DNA of 63,625 bases, counting the filler, from Stramenopiles sp. TOSAG23-6 (Eukaryota), in the NCBI GenBank assembly GCA_900128565.1. It is 9 parts of 9 records of this genome, joined end to end, with 100 filler letters (N's around TTAATTAATTAA, not from the genome) between each part and the next. Parts side by side here need not be neighbours in the genome. Positions count along the whole stretch, not along the records: positions 8,797 to 17,465 come from LT636426.1; positions 17,566 to 26,232 come from LT636427.1; 7 more parts are not named here. One strand, written 5' to 3'. Both the position numbers and the translations under genes were made by a program. The notes under the pieces are model-generated. The model was given only the letters and a program-made list of their open reading frames with translations. It made no database searches and was not told the origin of the DNA. This document shows, piece after piece, positions 11,402-23,560 of this stretch; the stretch's first letter is position 1; each line of letters begins with the position of its first letter.

Positions 11402-12661
11402 ATGAATAAAAGTGCGTTGCTTCTTCTATCAATAACTTTATTGAATACGTTTCAACTGTCAAAGGCAACGTCTGTTCTTTTGATAATTCCTGGAGTGGGC
11501 GGTACGTTTTTTTGGGGTCGGAAACTAGAATGGGGAGAGACCGAGAAAGGTTGGTTTCCTTTTGGAGGTTTTGAACCAGAAGGTACATTTGATAAAGTGA
11601 TCAACCTTTCATGGCGCAAACCGACGATTCAGGATGAATGGATTGGGGTAGAGGGCGCAGATAAGACATTTTTTGAGGGTGCACTCGAGAAATATAGGGA
11701 CCCTAATTCCAGACATCTTGTATTGCAACAAACTTTTGATTATCTTGTTAAACAACACGGAAGAGATTTACACATTAGCATCATATCATATTCTGATGGA
11801 TGTGCTCAGATAACAAACTATTTGTATTGGATGAAAGTAGGGGGAACCTTTAATGATAAACTAATATCGAGGTTATTTTTTGTAGCTCCACATTTTTCCG
11901 TAGTGCATTTTGAATCACCTTTGGCCGGAAAGGATCAAATTAAAAATGCAAGAATAGCACTCAATACCAGAATTCCTATGGTAGCTGTACAAGTTTTGGG
12001 AGACCCTAATTATTCTGAAATGTATAGGGCGACAGGAGTAAAGCTCGAGACGATTGCCACAAATCATGTATTTTCGTTACATTCAGTAGAATCTTGTTTA
12101 GCACTTGTGCACTTCGTCAATGTTTGGATGAACGAAGTAAGTGCAAAGATTTTGGCTGACACTGCTGCTGTTACTGCTTCAAATGCTATGGGTATTGGTA
12201 TGGGCTCTACGGCTCGTAGTTCTCATGGCCAGACTGAAGCTCTTGCTCTTACTCCTTCTGTGTCTCAAAACACAGCTTCGACTGTTAGGATAATCACACA
12301 CCCTGATGGGACTATCATCCGTGAAGTTGTTCGAAACACTCCTGAAGAAGCTGCTGGTGGCGGCATGGGCATGGGTTATATGATGAGTGCTACGACATTG
12401 CGAGATTCTCCTCCACAATCACCTCCAAAATCTCCTGAACTTCATGATCTTACTCCGGCTGATGTTGCTCCGATATCGCCGGCTGACACTGCTGCTGCTG
12501 CTGCTGGCGGCATGGGTGTTATGGGGAATGCTCCTGAAGAAGCGGGTACACATGATGTTGAGGTGGACGCTGCTACTGCAACCGCCGCACTTGTGAAAAA
12601 AATTCTACAAGAAGAAAATGATGCAAAATTGGCAGAAATGTTGAGTCAACAATGGTACTAA
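11402..12661 (+). CDS. secreted protein, possible alpha/beta-hydrolase fold, low-complexity C-terminus
   Basis: Signal peptide; LIIPGVGG and IISYSDGC (nucleophile-elbow-like); intronless. Confidence 0.5.
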   Translation: MNKSALLLLSITLLNTFQLSKATSVLLIIPGVGGTFFWGRKLEWGETEKGWFPFGGFEPEGTFDKVINLSWRKPTIQDEWIGVEGADKTFFEGALEKYRDPNSRHLVLQQTFDYLVKQHGRDLHISIISYSDGCAQITNYLYWMKVGGTFNDKLISRLFFVAPHFSVVHFESPLAGKDQIKNARIALNTRIPMVAVQVLGDPNYSEMYRATGVKLETIATNHVFSLHSVESCLALVHFVNVWMNEVSAKILADTAAVTASNAMGIGMGSTARSSHGQTEALALTPSVSQNTASTVRIITHPDGTIIREVVRNTPEEAAGGGMGMGYMMSATTLRDSPPQSPPKSPELHDLTPADVAPISPADTAAAAAGGMGVMGNAPEEAGTHDVEVDAATATAALVKKILQEENDAKLAEMLSQQWY

Positions 12662-13187
12662 CAGCATACCTTGTGAAGGGGGGGACGATATTAAAGATTG
12701 CCTCTTATCATTTAAACAGTTAAGATTCTTCGGCAAATCAAAGATTACTAAGTTTAAGGTTAACAAATTATAAAATTGTATACTATATAATTATTTGTTT
12801 TTATTCATGTAATAATACAGTAGGACAAAATAAAATAATGAAGACGCATATAATAGTCTGTTTAAACAGTGTAATCAACAAATCCAACAAATCAAATTAG
12901 TTTGTTTGTTACTTGATTACTTTAATGTAAACAGGGGTATTTAAAGGCTGATGCCACTGTTTTGGCACCTATATATATGGATATATATGCAAAAAAAAAA
13001 GATCCAAAAATGAAAATAATTTTGTTTTTATATTTTGTTTTTTTAGAGACAATTTTTTTTGAACGAAAAAAAATTGAGAAAACCGCAGAAAAAAAGAAAA
13101 GATATCTTTGCATCTTTGCTGTGAAATAGTAGAGCTGGAGTTTCCTTTATATATATATATATATATATATTACTCCTACAATATACA

Positions 13188-14363
13188 ATGAAATGGTCAC
13201 GTTCGTTGTTTACAGTAGTATGTTCTTCATCAATGGCATTTTTATTAGTATTTCTCCGGAAGCGTAAACGAAACAATTTCATTATAAAAGAGAAGATTCA
13301 TAACTTTTCTATTGTTGTGCACGGGGGTGCGTGGGCAATCCCTGACAAAATTTCAGAGGCAACATTAAATGGTGTTAAACGAGCAGTAAATATAGGGTAT
13401 AGTATTTTAAACAGTGGGGGGACTGCTCTACAAGCTGTTGAAGCAGCAGTTCGAGAATTAGAGCTTAATCCTGTATTTGACGCCGGTGTTGGGTCTGTGT
13501 TGAATAACGAGGGTGCAGTTGAAATGGACGCTATGATAATGTGTGGCAAAACTCTTTCTACGGGCGCAGTTGCTGGAATCAGCAATGTACGCCATCCAGT
13601 CACTGTTGCACGACTAGTAAAGGAAAAAACAGACCACGTAATTTTTGTGGGTTCTGGAGCTGATCAACTCGCGAAGGAGCTCGGAGTAGAGACTGTCGAC
13701 CAATCAGTGCTTGTAACACCTGCTGCACGCATAGAATGGGAAACATTCAATAAATACAAAGCATCTGTTGGAGCTCTTTTCGATAATTCGACCTCAGTTG
13801 GTCACGATACAGTAGGTGCTGTTGCAATGGACAATTTTGGTCATCTTGCATGTGCGACAAGCACTGGAGGAATAACTGCAAAGAAAAAAGGTAGAGTTGG
13901 GGACTCTCCATTTGTAGGATGTGGTGGATACGCTCAAGATGGTGCAGGAGCTGTTTCTACAACTGGTCACGGTGAATCAATCATTAAAGTTGTTTTAGCT
14001 CATCGAATTATTGAAAGTCTTTCAAGCAATTACCCTAACCCTAACCCTGAAATTGTTCAAAGTGTTATTAAAAAAAATCTAGAATACATGAAGAGTAAAG
14101 TATCTGGGTATGGTGGTGCAATTGCAATAGATAGAAATGGTTTTGTGGGTATCTCGCATACCACCAAGCGTGTATGTTTTTATTACGAATATTTTTTTAT
14201 CGATTTTTTGTAAAATATTTTTTTCTAATTTTTTTTTCATAGAAAATTTTGTACCTAACGAGAAAAAAAATTAAAAAAATATTTTTTCACAATACCGATG
14301 GCTTGGGCAAAAGCAGAAAGTCGAACGGGTGGAAAAGTAAGCGGAGGTTTGAATATTAGATAG
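13188..14363 (+). CDS. ASRGL1: isoaspartyl peptidase / L-asparaginase (Ntn hydrolase), 2 exons
   Basis: IVVHGGAW, FDAGVGS, EMDA, HDTVGAVA, ATSTGG, GRVGDSP, STTGHGE; intron 14172-14297 gives HTTKR|MAWA. Confidence 0.92.
14172..14297 (+). other. non-canonical intron, GT-CG (126 nt)
   Basis: CGT|GTATGTTTT...TTTTGTACCTAAC...CACAATACCG|ATGGCTTGG; no in-frame AG available at the junction. Confidence 0.75.
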
Positions 14364-14385
14364 TAATTGAAATATAATATAGTAT

Positions 14386-14475
14386 GTATGTTTTTTTTTT
14401 TCACTTTCGAATTTTTTTTTATAGTAAATTTTGTACCTAACGATTTTTCTTTTGAATTTTTTTTTCAAAGTACAT
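14386..14475 (+). other. same-family intron in 3' UTR, GT-AT (90 nt)
   Basis: Donor, branch motif and a divergent acceptor (TTTTTCAAAGTACAT) 22 nt after the ASRGL1 stop; no frame constraint available. Confidence 0.55.
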
Positions 14476-14682
14476 AAGTTGCACCTTATGGTAAATAAAA
14501 CATAGTTTAAAATATTATACAAATAAAACTACATTAAAAATAGTTTAAAATATTACAAATAAAACTATATTGAAATGAAAAAAAAAAAAAAATTGAAATC
14601 AGTCTTCATCTTACTTTATTTGTACACAATACAACTAAAAAAACTATTCTATTCTCCTAACCCTAACCCTAATTCTTCATTT

Positions 14683-15832
14683 TTACTTTACCATACCGTT
14701 AGGCTTGCCCTTTGCTTGTTGAAGTATTACAATAATAGCAGTCATGTTGTCTTTCGATCCTAAGGCTAAGCATTTGTCTAATAATTTTTGAGGTACCATG
14801 TATTTTGGAACAATATTTCAAAAAAAAAAACTAAAATTTGTTAGGTACAAAATTTTTATAAAAAAAAAAATCGATTTTTTTGTAAAAAAAAAAAAATAAA
14901 AACATACATTTTCATTTCGGTTCCATTATTTATTTCAGCATTTAGAAATGATATACACTCTACATTAGTCATTACATCCCAAATGCCATCACACGCAATG
15001 ACTATGAATTTATCACTTGGTTGTCTTTTTACTGTGAGAACGTCGGGGATGTATTTTGGAAAAATATTTCAAAAAAAAAAATCTAAAAAAACTGTTAGGT
15101 ACAAAATTTCGTACGAAAAAAAAAATCAAATTTTCAAAAAAATAAAACATACATTGGTGAAACAGCTTGTGACTCAGGTTGTAAATCTGGTGCCTTGTAC
15201 ATAAAATCTCCGAGTGCTCGAGATACTGCCAAATCTCCATTCACGCGATTCATACTTACAGTTCCACCGGCTGCTACGATTCTTTTAGTTTCGATAGGGT
15301 TTTTTGGTTTATGGTCATACGAGAGGGGAAACGCATTTATTGTATTATCAGCATTTTGCCTACAAAGGACGGCACGAGAGTCGCCAACGTTGGCACAGAC
15401 AATATGGTCAGATGTTATATATGTTACACAAGCTGTTGTACCACTACAATCTGTACCAGTTTTTACACACGGTTGCTGTAAAAGCCATTTGTCCATAGAA
15501 ACCATCGTCTTTTCAAAAACAGTCGTGAAGACTTCTGGGGTAATTTCTGAGGAAGACTGGGGAGATTGGGTTTCTAGTATTTCACGTGTGGATATCTGAA
15601 ATTGACCTAATAAGCGTTTACCACTTTCCTTTGCAGCCCAATCCCCACCATGACCATCAAATACACCAAACATACAATTATTACCGTCTATACCAGTCTT
15701 GCAGATTTCTGCGTCTTCCATAGAAATCCGATAACCTTGCATTGAGGCTGAGGTAACATGAATTCCTCCCTCTGTATATATTTCTTCATGCACCTCCTTT
15801 GAAGTGATAGGCTTATCTAGAAAAGATCCCAT
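14683..15832 (-). CDS. protein phosphatase 2C (PPM family), 3 exons
   Basis: MGSFLDKP, SMQGYRISMEDA, VFDGHGG, ANVGDSR, LAVSRALGD, ACDGIWDV, GSKDNMTA; GT-AT introns 15049-15152 and 14798-14907. Confidence 0.95.
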
Positions 15833-16199
15833 ATTGTATAGATAATGGTGTATAAAGGGCAAAGTTATGCGAATAAATATTATTATAAGCAAGCCGGCAA
15901 AAGGGCAGCGAAGTGCCTAATTATTCCCTTTGGTGCGGCAGGCAGCCAGCCAATTGAGTGTAGTTTTCCGGATATTCCGGATTTGAATTTTTGAATTTCT
16001 ATTTTTTGCCCCAACCCTAGTACTAACTAGACTAGCCTTGCTTCAAAGCAAACGGTCAATAAATTATAAATATGTCAAAATGGATTGGCCAACCAAAGAA
16101 ATAATCTCAAAATCAAGTGACACAATTGAATTTGGTAGCAGTATATTAAATTGATACTTCTCATTTTCTACTAGAGTCACATTTCTCCAGAAGTACACC

Positions 16200-16898
16200 A
16201 TGGCCACGTTAAAATGTCCTTTTACTGCGACAGCTGTAGTCGTTGCTCCCATTGCTTTACTCGCAGCACCGAAATCTTTTCCTTTATTGACCTCCATTTA
16301 TAATGAGATATCTAGCGGTATTGTTTATGTGCTTTCTATACTCCCATTTGGCATCTCCGCACTGTTATCTCGCTTATTCACACGCATTGAAATATTGGTG
16401 TTTATTTTCATTGGGATAAAGAGTATGCTTTTATTACGTGAACGAGATTTATGCAGTCTATACCAGGATGCAAAGAGGTTTCTTTTCGATACTCCACGAT
16501 CTCTCTTTCCCGAGGGTTTGCTGGTTGAAACTGAACGACATGGAGGAGAACTTGTTGCGAGAACACTTCAAGCACATGGCGTCAAATTCCTCTTTACGTT
16601 AGTTGGTGGACATATTTCTCCTTTATTGGCTGAGTCAAAAGAACGAGGAATGTATNTTTTTTTTTTTCAATTTTGAAATATATTTTTCATACGAAATTTT
16701 GTACCTAACAAATTTAAATATTTTTTTTAAATATTTTTCCGAAATACATTCGTGTCATTGATGTTCGACACGAAGTCAATGCTGTATTTGCTGCCGACGC
16801 TGTAGCTCGTCTCACTGGCGTCGTGGGTGTTGCTGCAGTCACAGCTGGTCCAGGTGTGACAAATACCGTTACAGCAATCAAAAATGCACAAATGGCAC
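16200..16898 (+). CDS. ILVBL: acetolactate-synthase-like / 2-hydroxyacyl-CoA lyase 2, N-terminal part only
   Basis: [17 protein letters not shown], (intron 16652-16749 GT-AT) [33 protein letters not shown]; downstream exons absent. Confidence 0.88.
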
Positions 16899-17041
16899 GT
16901 ATGTTTTTTTTTTTTTTTTTTTTCGTACGAAATTTTGTTCCTAACAATTTTTTTTTTTTTTTTTTTTTTTGCTTTTCATACGAAATTTTGTACCTAACAA
17001 AAAATTTTAGATTTTTTTTGAAATATTTTTTCAAAATACAT

Positions 17042-17364
17042 GTAGAACGTATCTGGGGTTGTAGCATTGATGAACTTATCGAAAAATCAAAAGAAACCCC
17101 TAACCCTAGTACTAATGGTGAAGTCAACTGTTTAAAACAATGTCCAGTATGTATGTTTTATTTTTTTTTGTTTTTTTGTTTTGTATGAAATTTTTTTCGT
17201 ACGAAATTTTGTACCTAACAATTTTTTTTTGATTTTTTTTTGAAATATTTTTCCAAAATAAATGTGCTCTTAAATGTCCATGCTCGGCTTGTCGTAGGAA
17301 ACTAAATGAAACAGCAATAAAATTAGGAAATGGTGAAAAAATGAAACGAAAACGTCGTTGTAGC
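17042..17364 (+). CDS. exons of a Cys-rich zinc-finger (4CXXC-like) protein, partial
   Basis: Removing 17151-17263 gives [17 protein letters not shown]; unrelated to the upstream ILVBL exons. Confidence 0.55.
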
Positions 17365-17414
17365 GTAAGTTTTTTTTAATACGAAATTTCGTACCTAACC
17401 AAACCAAACCAAAC

Positions 17415-17447
<33 letters not shown>

Positions 17448-18182
17448 GAATCATTACAAATATTTNNNNNNNNNNNNNNNNNNNNNNNNNNNNNNNNNNN
17501 NNNNNNNNNTTAATTAATTAANNNNNNNNNNNNNNNNNNNNNNNNNNNNNNNNNNNNNNNNNNNNAAATTGTATTTTTTTATAAAGAAATATTTTATTTT
17601 TCATCAAATAGTCTTAAACATTGTTGTTTCAATTATTTTTCATCAAATAGTCTTAAACATTGTTGTTTCAATTATTTTTTATCAAATAGTCTTGAACATT
17701 GTTGTTTCAATTATTTTCGCACTTTTAGGAATACTATCATAATCTTTCTGCAATTGTATTAAATGTTTTACTTGTTTCGATTCAGTTCCATATTTAGCAG
17801 AAGCAATGATAATCTCACTTTTTAAATGATCAACATATAAATGAATTGTGAAAAATATTTTTTTTTTGTAAAAAAAAAAAATGTTAAGTATAAAATGGTC
17901 TACAAATTTTTTTTTCTACCAAAAAAAAATTTGAAAAAAAAAAAATGATAACAACGTACATGTCCCATTTCTTTTTCTATTCTATGCATTTCCTTATCTA
18001 ATTTATGTTTTTTTCTCGCCAATTTTCGAATTTCAACATGGTGAATATTTCGATGTTCTTCTACTGTATTTTGGAAAAATATTTCAAAAAAAATCTTCAA
18101 AAAATTTGTTAGGTACAAAATTTCGTACGAAAAAAAAATTCGAATTTTTTTTTTTTGAAATTTTCAAAAAAATAAAACATAC

Positions 18183-19031
18183 ACATTCAGAAGAAATCCC
18201 ATATACGGAATCATCCCAACAGATTAAGCATGGCAAATCTTCAGATGCTGGTGGTGCAGTATACGATGCAACATATTTACTTAATTGTCCAGAACCGCTA
18301 CACATCCAACACATTCGTTTTCCTTGTAGTTTTTTAGATTGTTGTAGGGTTAGGGCTTTAGATGAGTTGTTAGATGGAGGAAGGAGACTTTCTTTTTGCT
18401 CTTTTTCTTCATTTGATTCGTCCTTTGATTTATCAGAGCTACTGACTTTAGAAAACAATTGAAGTAATGCACCGGCAACAACTACACCATAATCACCCCA
18501 GCCACCAGGGGGTGGTGGAACTTCTTTTTTGTTTTCATCTTCTTTTTCATTTTCAGTTGTTTGTTCATTGATTTTGTTTTCGTTTGTAATAGAGCCATTT
18601 TGTTTTGTTTCGTCTTTGTCAAATAGTATCATCTTGTTTTCATGTACTAATGGATTCTTTGGAGTACTACTTGCACAATTTTGTAATCGAATCGATGCAC
18701 ACACAGCTTTGTATGCAACTCTTAACTTTTCTTTTGGAGTATAGTCAATAAACCCTTCTCCATTGCATACAAAACACTTTATATCAGAAGAGTGATTACG
18801 TTGAAAAAAGTCGTGTCTGTCTTCAAAGCGTTTATATAGTTCACGTCGCTTGAGTTCTAATTCAGTGTTGTGTTCATGTGACATATTCTTTATTAAATCT
18901 GCAGCAGAGCTTCGTCTTTGCTCAGGATTCAGAGATTTGGCATTCTTGCCGTTATCTGAAATGGATGGTTGACTTTTGATTTTCAACTCTGACACTTTTA
19001 CCATCTCAATGTCATCTTTTTTCTTTACCAT
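18183..19031 (-). CDS. Zn-finger/RING-like protein, first exon
   Basis: CFVCNGEG, CWMCSGSG, then CLICWD...SSEC (start of a RING) ending at a family donor. Confidence 0.6.
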
Positions 19032-19382
19032 GGTCAATCACAACAGATATACTTATGTAATCTATCTTTATAATGTTGCACCACTGCTGTTATATTTTCG
19101 GGGGGGGGGGGGAATAATACCAATAAATATCTTTTTTTTGTGTTGGTGTGGGGAAAAGATTTTCGAGAAGAAAAAAAAATGACTACAAAAAAAATTGACA
19201 TTGACAAATTAGGGTTAGGGTTAACAATTAATTAATAGTAGAATATGAGCAGGTTTATTCTTGAAAAATAAAAAATATATTCAGTGCTCAAAAAAAAATG
19301 TACACGCAACGCAACTAACTCATACGGTGCTATAGCTAGTAGCTAGTAGCTAGGCAACTAGTCCTATTTTCAATCTAGTCTC

Positions 19383-20418
19383 ATGTGTGGTAGATCGGCA
19401 GTAACTATGCATCATCAGCTTTCTTTATTATGTTTGTTTATGTTGCTGATAAAGCCTTTTGCTAGCCAAACTAGTCAATTGCGCAATCCAAATGTACTCG
19501 AGAAACTACTTGCAACGACTAATGTTTACCCCCAGATATACTCACCNGGNTTTTTTTTCTNCCTATACCGAGAATAGCAACGATTCTTCATTTTGTATAT
19601 TTAGCACAGATTTACTTTCTACAAATACAAAATTAGAAAATTATGCAATTATAAAACTATGTCTTACAGAAAGACAATATAAGGTGGCTCTATGTACAAC
19701 AAATGAGAGATATGTTCTTGGTGATCCTCAAAACGAAATAGAAGTCAATATATTGGATCAGTCGTGGATGCCAATCAACTTGGCAGAGCATCTTATTAAT
19801 CATAAATTTCATTTTATCAACGTAGGATCTGGACTGTATCCTCACTATGGACTTCGAAATGTTGATACAGTTGAATCATTAGGGTTAACTAATACTCAAG
19901 TATATCCAGTATATGAATTAAACCCGACTACTCACACACTTTATGGTGGAAATGATTCAATAACGTTTCATGATAGTTTACCACAAAAACGAATAACAAA
20001 AACAAGAAAAGAAACGAAAAATCGGAAAACAAAGATTAAAAAAAAAAAGAAACAAAGAAAAAGTAAAGCTATTGAAACAATGCTTCAACCACGAAAACTG
20101 GAAATTCCAAAAGGCATACATAGACCTGGTTGGTTGTTTGGATTAGGTGTTTATTTGTTACCAGCTGGTGTATTGTCGTCGAAAACTATTTTTTTAAAAA
20201 ATGATGCATATATTGCAGGGTTTCAGAAATTCCAAAGATCTATCTTTGATATGGCTAATGTGTATGTTGTTGATACTAACGATAAAATATCAACATTTGA
20301 TGCAACTGCAAACTCGATGGATTTGGACCTATCTATGAGTTCTTACGTACCTATGACTTCTTTTTCATATTCGTTTGGAGATTTACTTCCTCGAAACGGT
20401 TGGTGGTCTGGTGTTTAA
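19383..20418 (+). CDS. hypothetical secreted protein (frame broken at N-containing stretch)
   Basis: Signal-like ORF 19383..19577 and ORF 19459..20418 meet at ambiguous bases ~19546-19561. Confidence 0.4.
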
Positions 20419-20824
20419 ACGGATAGTTTTGTGCGTGGTTAGATGCAATTTAATTTAAAAAAACTTTTTCATCAATTGTGATATTAGCCTACTTGAGAGA
20501 TAGTGTTATATAAATACATTTAAAAAGAGAGTATGGTGAAATAAATAAAGTTTGAATTAATAAGAAACCAATTTTAAAATGAATTTAATTTGAACAATAG
20601 GAAATCATGAGGAACCTCGCGTCTCAGCTATAGTTACTACTATATAAGTTATACGTAGGATACCAAGTACATTAATTATTGTGGTCAAGGACGGGGTACC
20701 AAAAAAGGTACCGTGTTGTACGAAAATTTTATTGGTAGCAAATAATTGGTCAATTTCAAAAAAAAATACTTTTTTGTGACGACACTTTGGTGTTGCGCAT
20801 TTGCACTTGAATTACACATACGTA

Positions 20825-21538
20825 ATGGTTCTTTTTTTTAAAATGTGTGCAGTACGGAAATATCTTTTTCTTGTAGGTATTTCTCATCTTTTATTACATT
20901 GTTCTTTGGCAGCTACATCACAACCGGTTGCAACGTCCATTTCAAAATATCCAAAACGAGAACGAAGACAAACCAAGAGACATAATGTTCGAAGTTTTTC
21001 ATCCTCTGAAACATCTCCAACAAAACCAAAAGGTATTGAACAGTCTCAGATAGGAAAGAAACGTAACAGGAGTACCACTCGTATTGGTGAAGAAGAACAA
21101 AGCAAAAAACGACAAACTTTGGTTAATGTTGACGGAAACGTTGACAAAACGGCGTTTTTAACGTCTCCATCGTTTACATCTCCAGTACAAAGACATTTGA
21201 TACCTGATTCTCTTCTGCTTCACGCTAATACTTTACGTGCTCCAGACAGGATCCCACATACGGATGGGATTTCAACTCACACTGATTATACAGCACTGCT
21301 ACAAAAACTATTGTACTTGATGAAACATGAAGACGAAGATTCAGAAGAAATCAATACTGAACTTTCTCGTTTGTCACAAGTGCTACAATTGCACAAGTCT
21401 AACCCTAACCCTAATTCAACACAAAGGCAAGTATTTCTTCCAATGGGATTTTCAACACATCCACAAATTGATAGTAAACGAAGATTTCGTGAGACTGATC
21501 TCGATGGAATTGAAAAATTCTTTCAAAATCATCAGTAA
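20825..21538 (+). CDS. hypothetical protein with signal-like N-terminus
   Basis: About 240-aa open frame, hydrophobic N-terminus, no family motif. Confidence 0.45.
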   Translation: MVLFFKMCAVRKYLFLVGISHLLLHCSLAATSQPVATSISKYPKRERRQTKRHNVRSFSSSETSPTKPKGIEQSQIGKKRNRSTTRIGEEEQSKKRQTLVNVDGNVDKTAFLTSPSFTSPVQRHLIPDSLLLHANTLRAPDRIPHTDGISTHTDYTALLQKLLYLMKHEDEDSEEINTELSRLSQVLQLHKSNPNPNSTQRQVFLPMGFSTHPQIDSKRRFRETDLDGIEKFFQNHQ

Positions 21539-21716
21539 TATATTATATATACTATCATTAAAATTAAACATTAAAAATCATTAGTAATATATTATATATA
21601 CTATCATTAAAATTAAACATTAAAAATTATTAGTAATATATTATATATACTATTATTAAAATTATTAAAATTAAACATTAAAAATCATTAGTAATATATT
21701 ATATATACTATTATTA
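21533..21716. repeat. ~48-nt AT-rich tandem repeat, about 3.5-4 copies
   Basis: Unit AGTAATATATTATATATACTATCATTAAAATTAAACATTAAAAATCATT beginning at the stop codon of the upstream ORF. Confidence 0.85.
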
Positions 21717-22093
21717 ATATCAGTGTGCCAAAGTTTATTTTATTAGCTACTTATATACAATTTTTGTAGCTTTATATGAAAAAATAAACACCGATTTTTT
21801 TTCTTCTGTCATCTTCTAACAATCAACAAGTTACACCATCACAATTATTATCAACAGCACTGCATATTTCATCCACTCCTGGTGTTTATAGTATTGTCAT
21901 TGTCATTACACTCAATTTTTGTTGGAGATGAAAAAACAATATACTTATTTTTTTGATCAAATTCAGTAGATTTTTCAATAGCATCCAATTCCTGATAAAG
22001 TGCAGTAAATTGTTTAGTAAATGCCTCATCGGATTTGGAAGTAGTGTCAAACCCTTGGTCAAACACATCCTTAGCTGATGTTACAATTTTTGT

Positions 22094-23023
22094 TCATAAA
22101 GGATAAATTTCAGGATCTGTATCATCAATATCAATTTTTCCAGTATACCTTTCATTATTTCCATTAAAAGGATTATTATGTTGTCCAGTAAAGCATTGAA
22201 TTGCATCATCTGAGTTTGGATTCAAGGGATATCCATCATTATCTTCATCATAAGCTGAACAAAACTGACCATTATGCATACATTTGTATACCTTTCCATC
22301 TGCATCTTTTTTTGTAGCACCAGGATAAATTTCAGGATCTGTATCATCAAAATCATCCATTCCATCATAGCCCACAAGTGATGTTCCAGCAGTATCAACA
22401 CCACCATCACCAGAAAGACATTTACTACTTTCTGATGTATCTTCAGGGAATCCATCATTATCATTATCAATGAAGTTGCAAAACTGACCAGTATACATAA
22501 TTTTGTACACACATGTTTCATCAGCAGACATGGCTGCTGCTGCTGCTGTTTTTGCTGCTGCTGCTGCTGTTTCTGTTGTTGTTGTTGCTGCTGCTGCTGC
22601 CACTGTTGCTGTTGTTGTTGCTACTGCTGCCCATGTTGTTGCTGCTGCTGCTGCTGCTGTTTTTACTGCTGCTGCTGCCACTGCTGCTGCCACTGCTGCT
22701 GTTTCTGCTTTTACTGCCTGTGCTGCCACTGCTGCTGTTTGTGCTACTGTTGCTGCTAATGCTACTGATAATGTTCTTTTTGCTGCTGCTGCTGTTTCTG
22801 TTTCTGTTGGTGTTGGTGTTGCTGCTGTTGCTGCTGCTGCTGTTGCTGCTTCTGTTGCTGTTGTTGCTGCTGCTGTTGCTGTTACTGTTGCTGCTGCTGC
22901 TGCTGTTTCTGTTGCTGTTGTTGCTGCTACTGCTGCTGTTGCTGCTGTTGCTGTTGCCAGTGCTGCCATTTTTGCTGCTCTTGCTGCTGCTGCTGCTGTT
23001 TCTGTTTCTGTTTCTGTTGCTCT

Positions 23024-23067
<44 letters not shown>

Positions 23068-23404
23068 TTGCTGTTTTTNCTGCTGCTGTTGCTGTTGCTG
23101 TTGTTGCTGCTGCTGCTGCTGCCACTGTTGCTGTTGTTGCTGCTGTTTTTGTTTTTGTTTCTGTTGCTGTTGTTGCTGCTGCTGCTGTTGTTGTTGTTGT
23201 TGTTGCTGCTGCTGTTTCTGTTTCTGTTGCTGCTGTTTCTGTTTCTGTTGCTGCTGTTTTTGCTGCTGCTGCCACTGTTTCTGTTTCTGTTGCTGCTGTT
23301 GCTGTTTCTGTTGCTGCTGTTGCTGCTTTCACTGTTGCTGTTTTTACTACTGCTGCTGCTGCTGCTGCTGCCCCTGATAGTGTTTTTGCTGCTGCTGCTG
23401 CTGC

Positions 23405-23454
<50 letters not shown>

Positions 23455-23529
23455 TTTTTACTGCTTCTGCTTCTGCTGCTTCTGCTGCTGTTTTTGCTAA
23501 TGTTGCTTCTGCTGCCGCTGTTGCTGTTT

Positions 23530-23560
<31 letters not shown>

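Noticed and set aside
16650-16747. Reading the introns as minor-spliceosome (U12) AT-AC introns by shifting both ends 2 nt upstream
   Set aside because: No ATATCCTT donor or TCCTTAAC branch consensus. In the shifted register the termini become inconsistent (AT, GT, AA, TT starts; AC, TC, CC, AA ends). Informative junctions favour the G-start register (PIVQWLL, TTKRMAWA, EELGGGS), and so does U1v pairing. Many AT/AT junctions remain formally ambiguous without lariat data.
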